This document shows positions 24,616 to 37,600 of a DNA stretch of 64,000 nt, one piece after another. The DNA is from Fimicolochytrium jonesii. Its lineage: Eukaryota. A model generated the notes under the pieces. The model was not told where the DNA came from. It saw only the letters and a program-made list of their open reading frames with translations, and ran no database searches. Each line of letters begins with the position of its first letter. The first letter of the stretch is position 1. The position numbers were made by a program, and so were the translations under genes. The stretch spans positions 62,001 to 126,000 of the forward strand of contig NW_026515693.1 of assembly GCF_025526975.1 (NCBI RefSeq). The letters are read 5' to 3'.

Positions 24616-27600
24616 TGAGATATCATCAAGATGCGGCACTTAGAAGGCTCTGCAAGACTGAGGACGCGTCTTGGGAGGCTCTGAAGATGTCTGAACCGTT
24701 TCCCAGACATCCAGGCGTTAGCACTGCGCTTTCTTGATGTTCTTAGAGCTCATACCGGTCAGTAGTGCCCGTAGGGAGTTGTGATCAGGTTGTAGTAGCT
24801 AGATTGGGCTTGATTGAGCTTGTGGTAGCCTGTAGCACCTTCCGCGGACTTGGCAGACGCCCATGGGGCATCAGCAGGTACCTGTGAGGCTACGCAGACT
24901 TGGCAAAACCTTCCAAACCATACCAACCTTAACTGCGGCACTCAGAGACGCCTTGGGCGTTCTGAGGGGGTCTCAGAGGATGCTTTGGACGCCCCAGCAC
25001 ATAGCTAAATCCCCAAGAAAGGAGCCCCAGATTCCGATAAAAGGCAGACCTGTTGCCCCTCCCCTCCTCTCACATTATCCTCTTCAATACACAGCTTTCT
25101 ATCGCACTACTCTAGCCACAGTACTGTCTTCTACATCACATCACTGCCCTTTGGGCAGCTACGTCCCTCAGGCATCGGCGAACCAGTCTTAGTGACCTCT
25201 CAGATACACCTATATCAGCTAAGGTTTCAATAGGTTATGAGCCCTGAGCTTCACCGTCTTTGCCACCATCATTTTCACTAAAACCGTCTTTGCCGATCCT
25301 ATTCAAGACCTTCCCAACCCCCTACAGACGCTACCTACGCCCTCCCCTCGACGTATCCTTCCAAAATCACCAATTTTCGACCGAAAACGCACCAAAGTGC
25401 TCAACTCAACAAGATACGCACGACTTGACACTCAAAACGCGTCCAACGATATACCATCATCCAAAACGCGTCCACACACTCGAAACAGACAAATTTCGCT
25501 CGAACACACGATGGCTGGAGACTCAGAGACTTCAAAATTTATGCTGGATAAGTTCACGAGGGAGAACTACCATCTATGGAAGTTTAGGATGATGATGATG
25601 TTGAAGGCGAAGGGACTTTGGGTGGCAGTGGAAGCTGGGAAGAAGGAGAAGGAAGGAGATACGGCTACAGCAAGCCCATCGAAGACAAAGGGGGCTGAAG
25701 GGGAGGAGGAGGAGTCGATGGAGAGCAAGGACAAGAGGGCTTTGGCATACATCTGCCTCAGTCTGAACGACACTCAGTTTATGCATGTGCATACAGCTCA
25801 GGGGGCTTGGGAAGCCTGGTCTAAGCTAGCTGAGGTGCACAAACGAAAGGGCCTCGCCAGCAAGCTCTTCCTACGTCGAAAGTTCCTTACCATCACTATG
25901 AACGAGTCAGACTCGATCACAAACCACATCAACAAAGTCAGACAGCTTGCACAACAGCTGGAGGCTATTGGCGCACCAGTACCCGAAGATGATATCATGA
26001 CCACCTTGATATACAGCTTACCAAACAGCTAGGAACAAGTTATCACGAGCCTCGAAAGCAGGGCGGACGACTTAGACATGGAGCTATTGACGGCCAGATT
26101 TCGGAATGAAGAAGCTAGGCGCAAGGAGAACTTGAAACGAGTCAGATCGACTGGAAACGCCTTCGTTGGGGACGGGGGACACCAGCAGGAAGCTGGGGGT
26201 TCAGTCAGATTTGCCAGGAAGAAGGGAAAGTGCAATCACTGTGGCATTGAAGGGCATTGGAAGAACGAGTGCAAGAAGCTCAAACGAGAGCTAGCTCAAG
26301 CCAACAATGCAAATCAAGCCGAATCACACCAGGCCAGCCAGGGAACTGGGTTCCTCTTCATGGCAGCTATGAAACGCACTGAAATCAGCCCAGAGTGCTG
26401 GATTATCGATTCAGGAGCCTCCTCACACATGACACACATCAGGGAATGGCTCCAGGACTACAAGACTCTGGAAACCGAGATCCAGGTCCAGCTAGCTGAC
26501 AACCGGTCAGTCCTAGCCATCGGAACAGGCTCCATCTTGATCAGAACACACGGGGAGCACGCTGGCACCCTTCGAAATGTCTGGTTCGTTCCCAAAATGG
26601 AAAAGAACCTCATTTCAGTAGCCCAGCTGACTGAGACCGGAGCACAAGTAGAGTTCTTGAGTGCAGAGTGCACAATCAAGACCAGGGACGGTGCTCTTGC
26701 CTTCGGAGCTCTCAAGGAGAACGGTCTGTACACCATAGCAGCCCACGCTATCCCTGAACACGCCTACTCAGCAGGAGTACTTCGTGGCACACCCTTTCAT
26801 ATCTGGCATCAGAGACTCGGTCATCTGAATGCCCAAGACGTCCAGAAGCTCACCAACGGCTACCCACGTGACATCAGAGTCACCGGACATCCTGATGGCC
26901 ACATCTGCGAAGTCTGCACGCTCTCCAAGCAGTCCAGATCTCCCTTCCCGAAGAAACAAGCTACCCGAGCCACAGAAGTCCTGGCACTCGTCCACACTGA
27001 CCTCTGTGGCCCCACAAGGACGTCTACCTTGTGGGGGATGTACCTACTTCGCATCATGGATTGATGACAAGTCCAGAATCGTCTGGGTCAAGCTCCTACG
27101 CAAGAAAAGCAATACCTTTGATGCCTGGGAGGAATACAAGGCTCTTATGGGGAGACAGACTGGGAAATCAATCAAAGCCCTCCGATCAGACAAAGGAGGC
27201 AAATACGAATCCATCCAATTTGCCCTCGCACTCAGAAAGGCTGGAATCCAACACCAGCGCGCTGCTACCGACACCCCACAGCAGAACGGAGTAGCGGAAC
27301 GTATGAATCGAACTCTACTCGAAATGGCACGCTGCCTACTCACCCGGGCTGGTCTCACACATGAATACTGGGGAGAAGCTCTGCTCGCAGCTGTCCACAT
27401 TCGAAATCGTTGCCCGACGGCTGCCCTAGACAACTTCAAGACGCCGTACGAAGCCTTCTTTGGTTGCAAGCCCATCCTCCTTCATCTCAGAGTTTTTGGA
27501 TGTATAGCCTATGCTATGCTTCTCAAAAAAAACCAAGGAAAGCTGGACAACAAAGCCAAGAAGTGCCTCTTTCTCGGTTATAGCTCTTCCAGCAAAGCCT

Positions 27601-29903
27601 GGAGGCTCCGGTCACTCGAACCCGATGATCAGGGCGCCATTATCGAATCAAGAGACGTCCAGTTCCATGAAAACAAGTTCTACAACAGCCTCGACAACGA
27701 GGATACGCATGAAGACACGTCAGATAGCTCCTATGACAGCTTAGCGAGCTTTGAATTCGATCCTGAGCCTGACAGTTTTGCACGCACCCAAGCGCACAGA
27801 CAACACCGAATTACGCCCACACGCTGCAGAGTGGGATTCTGAGCTCCCTGACGCATCTCCCAACCCACAACCTGACACTGATCAATGGGCAGAGGCCCCA
27901 GAGGACCAGGAAGACCAGAAAGATGACGATTGAGTGCATCATGGACGCATCACACGCTCCGAGAGCACTCGAGTACGCCAAAGCAACCTTGCCTATGCCC
28001 TGGCTACCGAAGTACTGCCCACAGAGCTCAAAACCCTCAAGCAAGCTCTAAACTCGAACCACTCAGCCAAGTGGAAGGAAGCCATGGATGCTGAATACGC
28101 ATCCCTCGTCTAGAACGGCACCTGGGAGCTGTGTCCAGCACCCAAAGATCGCAACCTTGTCGGCTGCAAGTGGATTTACAAGATCGGGACGAATGCTGAT
28201 GGCAGTATCGAACGCTACAAGGCTAGACTAGTCGCCCAAGGCTTGTCACAAGAAGAGGGAGTTGACTACAATGAAACATTCGCACCAGTGGCCAAGTTCG
28301 ACACCATTCGGCTACTCCTGTCGTGGGGAGCAGCTCAGGACCTCGAAATGGACCAAATGAACGTATCCACCGCATTCCTGAACCCGACACTCAGTGAGGA
28401 GATCTATATGAAGCAGCCACCAGGCTACATCAAGCCAGGAGAAGAGCATCTCATGCTTAAACTCAAGAAGACACTCTATGGTCTTAAACAAGCCCCCAGG
28501 GAATGGAATATCGAAATCCACGGCACTCTCGTTGAGAAACGCTTCACACGTCTTGATTCAGACCATTGCGTCTATATCAGATTCTTTGAGGGCTGGCTAC
28601 TCATCCTGATTCTCTATGTGGACGATCTCATACTTATGAGCAACTAGAGACTCGATCTTGACAACTTCAAGGCGAAGGAACTTCAGAAGGCGTATGAGAT
28701 GCGTGACCTTGGTGCCCTACACTACTTCCTGGGCCTCCTAGTCACCCGAGACCGAGCCAAACGACTCCTGACGCTCAACCAGACTGGGTACATCGAAAAA
28801 TGCCTTGAAACATACGGCATGATCGATTGCAAGCCTGTATCAACTCCCAGCATCGTGGGAAGCCCTCTCACCAACGAAATGGCACCTCAAACGCCTAAAG
28901 AGACTGCAGAGATGCAGGACATGCCCTATTGAGCCATTGTAGGCAGTCAAGACCAGACATAGCCGAAGCAGTTGGAGCTGTGAGCCAGTTCTTAGCCAAT
29001 CCAGGCAAAGGACATTGGAAAGCTGCCAAACGCATTCTGGCTTATCTCAAGACGACCAAACACCACCAACTTCGACTGGGAGCGGTGCAAGGAACCCCCA
29101 AACTCGTGGAGTGGTCAGACTCAGACTGGGGAGGCTGCCCAGACACTCGAAGATCGACCACAGGATACCTCTTCACCTTCGGCGGTCCAGTAAGCTGGAA
29201 ATCACGCAAACAACGCACTACAGCACTCTCCTCCACCGAAGGCGAATACGTGGCACTCACTGACGCCTGTAAAGAAGTCATGTGGCTCAGATCTCTACTC
29301 AGAGAACTGAGCACGCACCAATACAAGACAGAACTCGTCCAAGGCCCCACAGTCATCTGGGAAGACAACCAAGGAGCTATGGCACTCGCCACGAACCCAG
29401 TTCACCATGCACAAACCAAGCACATTGACATCAGATACCACTTCATTTGTGAACAAATCGCACACAAGACAGGTATCCTCCAGTACTGCCCAACAAAGGA
29501 GATGATAGCTGATGCGCTCACCCAAGCCCTCCCCATGCCGGACTTCACATGTGTGAGAGCTGCGATGCACTTAGAGGCTGCAGAGCCGTCAAGTGAGAGG
29601 GAGTATTGAGATAGCATCAAAATGCGGCACTTAGAAGGCTCTGCAAGACTTAGGACGCGTCTTGGGAGGCTCTGAAGATGTCTGGAACGTTTCCCAGACA
29701 TCCAGGCGTCAGCACTGCGCTTTCATGATGTTCTTAGAGCTCATAGCGGTCAGTAGTGCCCGTATGGAGTTGTGATTGGGTTGTAGTGGCTAGATTGGGC
29801 TTGATTGAGCTTGTGGTAGCCTGTAGCACCTTCCGCGGACTTGGCAGACGCCCATGGGGCATTAGCAGGTACCTGTGAGGCTACACACACTTGACAAAAC
29901 CTT
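24616..29903 (+). mobile_element. Ty1/Copia element 'F', near full length but inactivated (5' LTR 24616-25232, PBS 25233-25246, truncated 3' LTR 29604-29903)
   Basis: Order is gag (ATG 25511), knuckle CNHCGIEGHWKNEC, PR WIIDSGASSHM, GAG-pre-IN WHQRLGH, IN (VHTDLCGP, LRSDKGG, PQQNGVAER), RT YVDD, RH SSTEGEY. Several stops and frameshifts. PPT AAGTGAGAGGGAG. Confidence 0.96.
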
Positions 29904-30289
29904 AGTGGTCGATTGTTCCCTGAGATAGGTCCTAAATCGGGTCGTTCACAGGTGGAGACAATCTACTTGTGGAGAGTGCAAGGTAAAAGGTAGAGACCAA
30001 CTAAATCCCTATTCTCACCACACAAGTAGACACGCTTGGGCGTACTCCGTGTATTGGCAACCCCGGACTGCTAGGCATAGGTACGCTAGTCAGTTGGGTC
30101 AAATGGGCACTTATGGTACAAACTTAGGGTCTAGTCTATATCTGTCAAGATGCTCCCCGGGCAATTTACGCCAGTGTCGTCATCTTTATGGGGGAGGGGA
30201 AGGGGGGGTGTGTCCCTATCCTAATACTGATCACACTGGTGATACGCGCACAAATACTAATCTCCTCTTGAATCATATCCGCGTACGCT

Positions 30290-31313
30290 GTCAACCTGGT
30301 CACTTTCACAAACTCGTATGTTTCCGGGTGTGGTCCTCCCTTCTTCACAATGAAGGGTCTGAGCCAGCTCTGTCTAAACTTGAACGGCTTCTTGTTGAAA
30401 GCAAGGATCGTTATCTCCTTGCTGTTCAACAGGACTTTATCTCGATGAAAAAATGCCAATGGAATGTAGACACCTGTTCCTTTGGCTGGGATAACGCATC
30501 TTTCCAAGAAGCGAAGTGCTCATCAGCCTCAAGCGTAACATTCCCCAAAGGAATATACTCAACCCACATCCCCATGGCCGCAGCAGTCTCAACTCCCTTG
30601 TTACACTCGGCACGGCGTGGTGCGTAATAAGGATTACAACTTAGCACATCCGCAACGGTGTTCCAATGACCACGTTGATATTCAATATCAAATTTGAATT
30701 GTTGCAGGAATTCCACCCACCATGCTTGGCGATGGCTAAGAAAGGGCTGTGTCTGCAGCCAGACCAAACTAGCATGATCGGTAAACGCTCGAAACGGGCG
30801 ATTGCTTGTCTGATCCTGCAAGGAATCCCTATTTGCCTTGCATATTTTACCCACAGCTAATAGTTCTTGTTTGTGCACGGGGTAACGTGTTTCAGCGAAC
30901 TGCATCTTCTGCCCAAAGAAAACGGTGATGGGTAAGGCTCTGATGGATCCGCCGGCTGGGCAAGCCATCCTCCTATTGCAAAACCCGACACATTTATGAA
31001 CACGTATATATCTCGCTCTGGGTGGTAAAATGACCAAACCACGTCCGAAACGCTGTTTTATCTCTATTGGCTGTGCGAACCAAGAGGCAGTGATATGCAT
31101 CTCTAATGTCCAACAAAGACTTGAACTTCTTTTCACCTACCCAATCTCTGCAACATTTGGTAACGGCGTACGATCCTTTATTGTTGCTTTGTTCAGCCCA
31201 CAATAGTCGATGCACCGACGGAGACTGCCATCGTTTTTCTTAGCAAATAGCACTGCGGCACCCCATGGGCTCTGCGAGTGCTGAATCCAACCACGCTCAA
31301 GCATGAGTGTAAC
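30290..31313 (-). pseudogene. Internally deleted pol fragment of the Gypsy B family
   Basis: Aligns piecewise with 3290-3900 and 4420-4690 (HKQELLA, FTDHASLVWL, WVEFLQQF); interrupted at 31314 by an LTR. Confidence 0.85.
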
Positions 31314-31650
31314 TGTGATGTGGACTACCTTTCACACGGGTTGTATAACTGATGTTCGTATACAATAACTACTTTGCTGTAAGGTATCGTAGACGGACTG
31401 GGTGTTCGTCGGCTCTGCTATATGATATGTAGTAGAAGAACTACTTGTTGTGCCTAGGAAGGTGCGACGAGCACTGTTATGGTACCCATGAGGTCGGAGT
31501 CCACTGGAGAACACTGTCTGGAAACACGTTTCCTTAGACAGCGAAAGGTCTTTTGCTGACCTCGGGAACATGTTTCACTTAGACAGCGATACATGTTCCA
31601 CTGACGCGTCGCTCTCCAATAAGACCGGACAACCCACATTACACCCCCCC
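31314..31650 (-). mobile_element. 3' LTR (31314-31643) with polypurine tract, 8820-9146 family
   Basis: Reverse complement of the solo LTR, preceded on the minus strand by GGGGGGG (31650..31644). Confidence 0.88.
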
Positions 31651-34600
31651 AGATTCTACGACGCGAACCTGCCCAGCAAGCTCAAGCAGAGCAGAATATG
31701 AAGGTGTCCGGGATCGCACCCAGCGCAATCCTTACTGGTCCTCGTCGTTGTCAGTCCAAATAACCATGGTTGTGCAGCGAAAAACCATGGTTATGCAGCA
31801 AAGTAACCATGGTTCTGCAACTGGACGTCAGAATAGTGTGTCATTCACGAAACCTTTCCAGAGGACTCTCGTGGGTAGCGACGCTTGCAAACCATTCTGA
31901 TTCAATGGTATTTGCCATCCAGGCTACCTGCTGCCGGCAGCGGGTATCCCAGCTGTGAATGCAACGGGTGTGCTTTGTATCGCACGTTGCCTAAAACAAG
32001 TTGTTGGGCAATGGATGTACGCAACCATCGAGCCAACGAAGCTCTGCCGTTCAAAGTCAACGCCTATGTGTATCTCCGGGCATACACACCACCGAGTCTC
32101 CAGGAGTGATCAGTTCCTGCTTACTCATTACGGACGGCGGCCGTAAACGTATTTACCCAATGCGGATGTTGTGTACCATCAAGGGGTCGTGTTAACACTT
32201 GTTTTGTGTAGCACGTTGCGCTCCCTTTCACAGCTTTTGACTTATGTCCAACGATATCGTGAACGAGACCTTCTCTACTCGATTACAACGATATCCGATG
32301 TGTTATTGGACAGAAGGTCCCATCCAGCTACAGATCATTCATGGCCTCCAGCCAACCGTGCACTCTTGCATCGCAGAGCCTCAGTTCCCTTAGAGTGCTT
32401 CCACTTTCGCTTATCTGTAACAGATTCTAATTCACCATGGACCAAGATGAAGTCGTCTAACGCAGCGCAGTCTTTCGCTCGCTCGTGCGTTTCCCATGAC
32501 GTCTGCTCAGGTGGGTAACCCTTTCACTGACAGCTCGGAAGGCCTTCCACCTAGACAGCGAAAGGTCTTTCACTGACGCTGGGTGTTGATTCCTGGTCCT
32601 AAAGGGCTTAAGGAAGAAACAGGCCTACATAAAGTGGAAGAATAGAAGTGACCATTGTAGAGATGTAGGAACCCAATTAGAATCTGGACCAGAACTAACT
32701 TGAAAGATTCCTGGTGACAGCAAACAATCACGAAGTGATTATGACACAATCCTGAACCAATGCAATTTGCTGGAAGAGTTCTTGCGGATTCGCTATTACC
32801 TACTAACGAATCTTTTTAACTAGGAGCAATTAATAAGGTTGCCTGTAAGTCACATTGGTGATTACTATTTTTCCTGGTGCTTGTTATGATCTCGACGACT
32901 GAGGCGGCAGCGAAGTAGAGAAGACAAGGCGAGAGCGATGGGCGACAAGAGATTGTATTGGCGGAACAAGAGACAAGAACTAGAACAAGAGATGAGAAGA
33001 ACTGGTGTTAATCTGCTGGGGAGGAAGGGAATGGACGAAGAGAGGCCGGCTATTTATAGATAGGCAACCCAGCAGGCCAGAGAACAACAACAACAAGAGG
33101 GGACTGGGGGGGGCGCCAGCTATGCTCCTAGAGCGTGCGTGGCGAGCGTAGAGAGCATTGCTACAGCTGCTGGCTATGGGGGAGTAGTGGGGGATGTGGA
33201 CAAGCCGAGGGGGATTGGCAAAATGTGAGGAGAGAGGAGGAGTGGCGATATTGCGGGAGGATTGGCGAAATGAGAGGAGAGAGGGGGAGTGGCATTGACA
33301 TTGACATTGACACTGACATTGACACTGACACTGACATGGACATTGGCGCTTGACATTGGCGGTTGACATTGGCGGCTGTCAGTAGGTAAGCTTATGGTAT
33401 GGGCGCGTCGTCCATAACATCACCCCTCTCTTTAGCGGCGGCGGCGGCGGCGTCGAGTTTGGTGTGGCCGCAGAGGAGGTGCTACGGGGACAGAGGAAGG
33501 CTTGTTGGGGTACGCGCTGTGGAAGTCCTGGAGGAGTGCGTCGGTATGGGTGAGGTGTTCCACGGGCTCCCCGGTGTTCTCGGAGTCAGGCCAGCCCTGC
33601 CATTTGACCAAGTACTGAAGGCGACGACAATGGATGCGAGAGTCAAGGATGGCTTTGACAACCCACTCTTCTTGACCCTCAACGGTCTCTGGGGGCGCAG
33701 GTTCGGGTTCGTGTCCTTCGGGGATGGTGAAGCGGGGTTCGAGGAGCGAGACATGGAAGACATCGTGGATTTTGTACATAGGCGGGAGCTTGAGCCGGTA
33801 GGCGACGGGATTGATTTTTTCAACGATGGGGAATGGCCCAATCTTGCGATGGTCGAGTTTCTGAGAGGGCCGGGTTGTCTGGAGGTTTTTGCGGAGGAGC
33901 CAGACGTGGTTGCCAGGCTTGAAGTCCGGTCCAGGAATTCACTTAGCGTCGGCGTAGCGCTTCATTCGATCTTGCGCTTCTTTGAGCTCTAGGACGAGCT
34001 GTTCGTGGAGTTCCCTGATTTGTTTAGCGCGGGCTTCAGCGGCGGGGTTGACGGATTCGGAGGTAGCAGAGGCAGCGAAACTGAAGCGGGGGTGGAGACC
34101 CTTGTTGGCATAGAAGGGGGTGGTCTGGGAAGCGGACTGGTGGGTGTTGTTGTAGGCGAACTCGGCGGACGACAGAAGCTGCTTTCCAGTTGTCCTGTTG
34201 GTGGTTGCAAAAGCATCGGAGATACTGCTCCAGGATCTGGTTGATGCGTTCCGTATGGCCGTCGCTCTGGGGGTGGAAGGCCGAGGAGAGGTTGGCTTTC
34301 GCCCCAAGGAGTTCGAGAAGTCGACGCCAGAACCGGGACTTGAACTGGGGTCCTCGGTCAGAGATGATGTCGTCGGGGAGGCCGTGGAGACGGATGATAT
34401 TGTGGAAGACTAGGTCGGCGGTGGATTTGGCGGATTCTGACTCGCTGCAGGCAATGAAGTGGGCCATCTTGGTGAGGCGACAGTTGACATTCAGGATGGA
34501 GTCGTACCCATCAACGGGAGGCAGACTCGTGATCAAGCCCAGGGACCAAGATCCCCAAGGGCGGGTAGGGATACTGTTGGGCTGGAGTAGGCCGTAAGGT

Positions 34601-37600
34601 TTTGTTGACTGGATTTCGCTTGGCTACAGATATCGCAGGGACTTGACGTAGGCCTTGACGAAGCGCCACTGGCTGGGCCACCAGTAGTTGCGGGAGGCGA
34701 GTTCGAGCGTCTTGGACATCCCAAAGTGGCGTGCTAGGGGTGTATCGTGCATGTCGTGGCAGACTTCAGCTTGGAGCTCATTGGTGGGGACATAGACAAG
34801 GTTATTGTGCAGCAGGATCCCATCTTCCTCTGAGAACCGCTTGATACAATCTTGGGTTTCCTCGGTCCGTTGGGCGAGGGGTATCTTGAGCTTTTCGCGG
34901 ATGGTCTTAGCGAGGGGATCAGAGGCCTGGGCGGCCTTAATCTTGTCAAGCAGCGTGTATCCATGGGTGTGAGGTAGGCCGCGGCGAGTCGAAGACGTTC
35001 TGGAGTCAAAATTGTGGTTGCCTGGGAGCGGAACGCTTCTTCCCCCTCTTTTAGCTCATGTTCGGAGCGTCGGGAGAGGGCATGGGCTTGGTGCTGCTGG
35101 GAACCTGTGGCGATAGGTAATGACAAAGTCAAAATCCGAGAAGAATATCGACCAGCGGGCTTGGCCGCGGTTCAGGGTGCGGGTGGTCATGAAGTACTGA
35201 AGGTTTTTGTGGTCGGAGTAAACGGTGATCTTGTGACGGGCGCCAATGAGATGGTGTCGCCACTGGGCAAAGGAGTCTTGGATGGCCAGAAGTTCCTTGT
35301 CATAGATCTCGTAGTTGATCTCTTCGGCCGTGAATTTGCGAGAGTGGAAGGCCACGGGGTGGAGCTGATTGTCCTGGTCCGGCTGGAGGAGAACTGCGCC
35401 GAGAGCGAAGTCGGAGGCGTCAGTTTCGATGACGAAGGGCTTCTCTGGGTCAGGGTGAGCAAGGATGGGGGCGGTGGTGAATGCATTCTTCAGGTTCTCG
35501 AAGGCGGTGTTTGCGGCGGGTGTCCAGGCAGTACGGGATGTCTTTCCGGGTCAGGGCTAGTGAGCGGGGTAGCGATCTTGGAATAACCTTGGATGAATCA
35601 GGCGATAGAAGTTGGCAAAGCCGAGGAACCGCTGGACGCCTTTGACATTCTTGGGAGATTCCCAATCCGTGATGGCAGCGATCTTCTTGGGGTCCATCTG
35701 GATGCCTTTCTCGGAGATGATGAAGCCTAGGAACTCAATGGATTCGCGGTTGAATTCGCACTTCTCTGGTTTGGCATACAACCCATGCTGTCGGAGGCGG
35801 GACAAGACTTCGCGGACATGTTTGGGGTGATCTTTGGTGTTCTTGGAGAATATCAGGATATCGTCGAGGTAGACGACAACAAACACATCGAGGATGTCGC
35901 GGAAGATGTCGTTCATCAGGTACTGGAAGACGCCAGCAGCATTGCTGAGTCCAAGGGGCATGACATTGTATTCGAATAGGCCGTAGCGGCAGCGGAAGAT
36001 GGCCTTCCATTCATCGCCCGGGCGCATGCGTAAGAGGTTATAAGCGCCGCAGAGGTCGATCTTGGTGAGACGGCGGGCGCCGCGCAAACGATCCATGATA
36101 CCGTTGATCAGGGGCAGGGGGTAGCGATTCTTCACCGTGATGCTGTTCAGGCCTCGATAATTGACGCAGAGGCGGAGAGAACCGTCCTTTTTCTTCACGA
36201 ATAAGACTGGCGCACCGGCAGGGGACTTCGAGGGTTTGATGAATCCTTTGGCGAGGTTTTCTTTGAGGTATTCGCAGAGTGCCTTCATTTCTGGTTCGCT
36301 GAGGCTGTAGATCGGGCCGAAAGGTGGCTGCTTGCCTTCTTCCAGATCGATTTGACAGTCGTAGGGCCGGTGCTCGGGGAGAGCGTCAGCATTTCTCTTT
36401 TTGAAAACGTTGGCGAAGTCTTGATATTCGGGGGGCAGGAAGTCTTTGATGTCTTTCTCGGGTGTCGGGGGGTTACTGGGGCTAGGCGAGGCCGGGAGAT
36501 CGGGTTTCGCAGGGTTGGCGTAGGCGACAAAGACCTGGTCATGCCTTGCTGCGACCTGGAAGGCTGGGGCGGAGATGAACGAGACTCGGAGCGGCGTGGG
36601 AGCCGGTTCTGGGGTGCTGGAGCGAGATACCTTGGGTACAGGAATTGACCATGTTTTGTCGACGGGGACTTCATCCTGGGAGATGCGGATCAAGGGCTCA
36701 GGGGTTCTGGCGGGTGCCGGGCTCGGTGGTGCTGGAGAGTGGTCCCACTTCGCGAATTCATGGTACGACAGTCGCAATGGAAACCGACCGAAAGGTTCTT
36801 GAAGTCAAGGTTAATGTTGTGGAGGCGGAGCCAGGGGAGACCAAGGAGGATTGGACCGTGGGGTGATTTGGTGACATGGAAGACGAGTTCTTCGAAGTGG
36901 TCGTCGACCCACATGCCTACTGGTTGGGTGTGATGGGTGGCTGGCCCAGCAGAGCTGGTTGACCGTCAACGAGTTCGATCATCAGGGGACGCTGATGCGG
37001 GACTAGGGGGATGCGGTGTTTGCGGGCAAAGTCTCTGTCAATGAAGCAGGACAGGGCGCCGTTGTTGATCATGGCTGAGGTAGGTATTGGGGTGCGGCTG
37101 GATGATATCATGATGGTAACAGGGTAGTTGAATGGTTCGACGGGACCCAGCGCAAGCATGGCGCGGGGGTTAATTTCGGAGTTTTCGACATGGGCAGCAG
37201 CTAGGAGGGTTGTGTCGGCTATAACGGAGTCGGGAGCCGGGGGGGTGGCGTCTTCCGTTGCAGGAGCTGCGAGGTTAGGATGCCCGGGGCGGTGTGTGTT
37301 GTCCAGTCGCTGGGGCTTTACTGCGGCTGGACTTTGGGAAAACCCTGTTCGGTGGAGGGTTCTTTTATGTTGACATTGGCGGCACGGGTGGTGGTCTTGT
37401 TCTTGACGGGGCAGGCCTTTGCAATGTGCCCCGCGCCACCGCAGTAAAGGCAGAGGTTGTTGGAAATGCGGCGTTGGCGTTCCTGAGGGCTCAGGAGGCC
37501 GTGGGGACGAGCGGCGTCAATCTGCATAGGCTCGCTGTGGTCGACAGTGGTGGTAGTAGTAAACAAGGTATGGGGAACAGGGAAGGTCTGGCGGCTTCTG

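Noticed and set aside
31762..31820. Palindromic repeats with short gaps as a CRISPR-like array
   Set aside because: Only three 10-bp units with similar 11-12 bp spacers, no cas genes, and a eukaryotic context.
32580..32881. AT-rich segment as the missing continuation of the 45409-46581 gene
   Set aside because: No matching TSD (GTGCT versus GCAAT) and no recognisable open frame.
32980..33369. Poly-CQ / VN / MS ORFs (also at 44415-45358) as metal-binding proteins
   Set aside because: They are translations of the TGACAT hexamer array inside LTRs.
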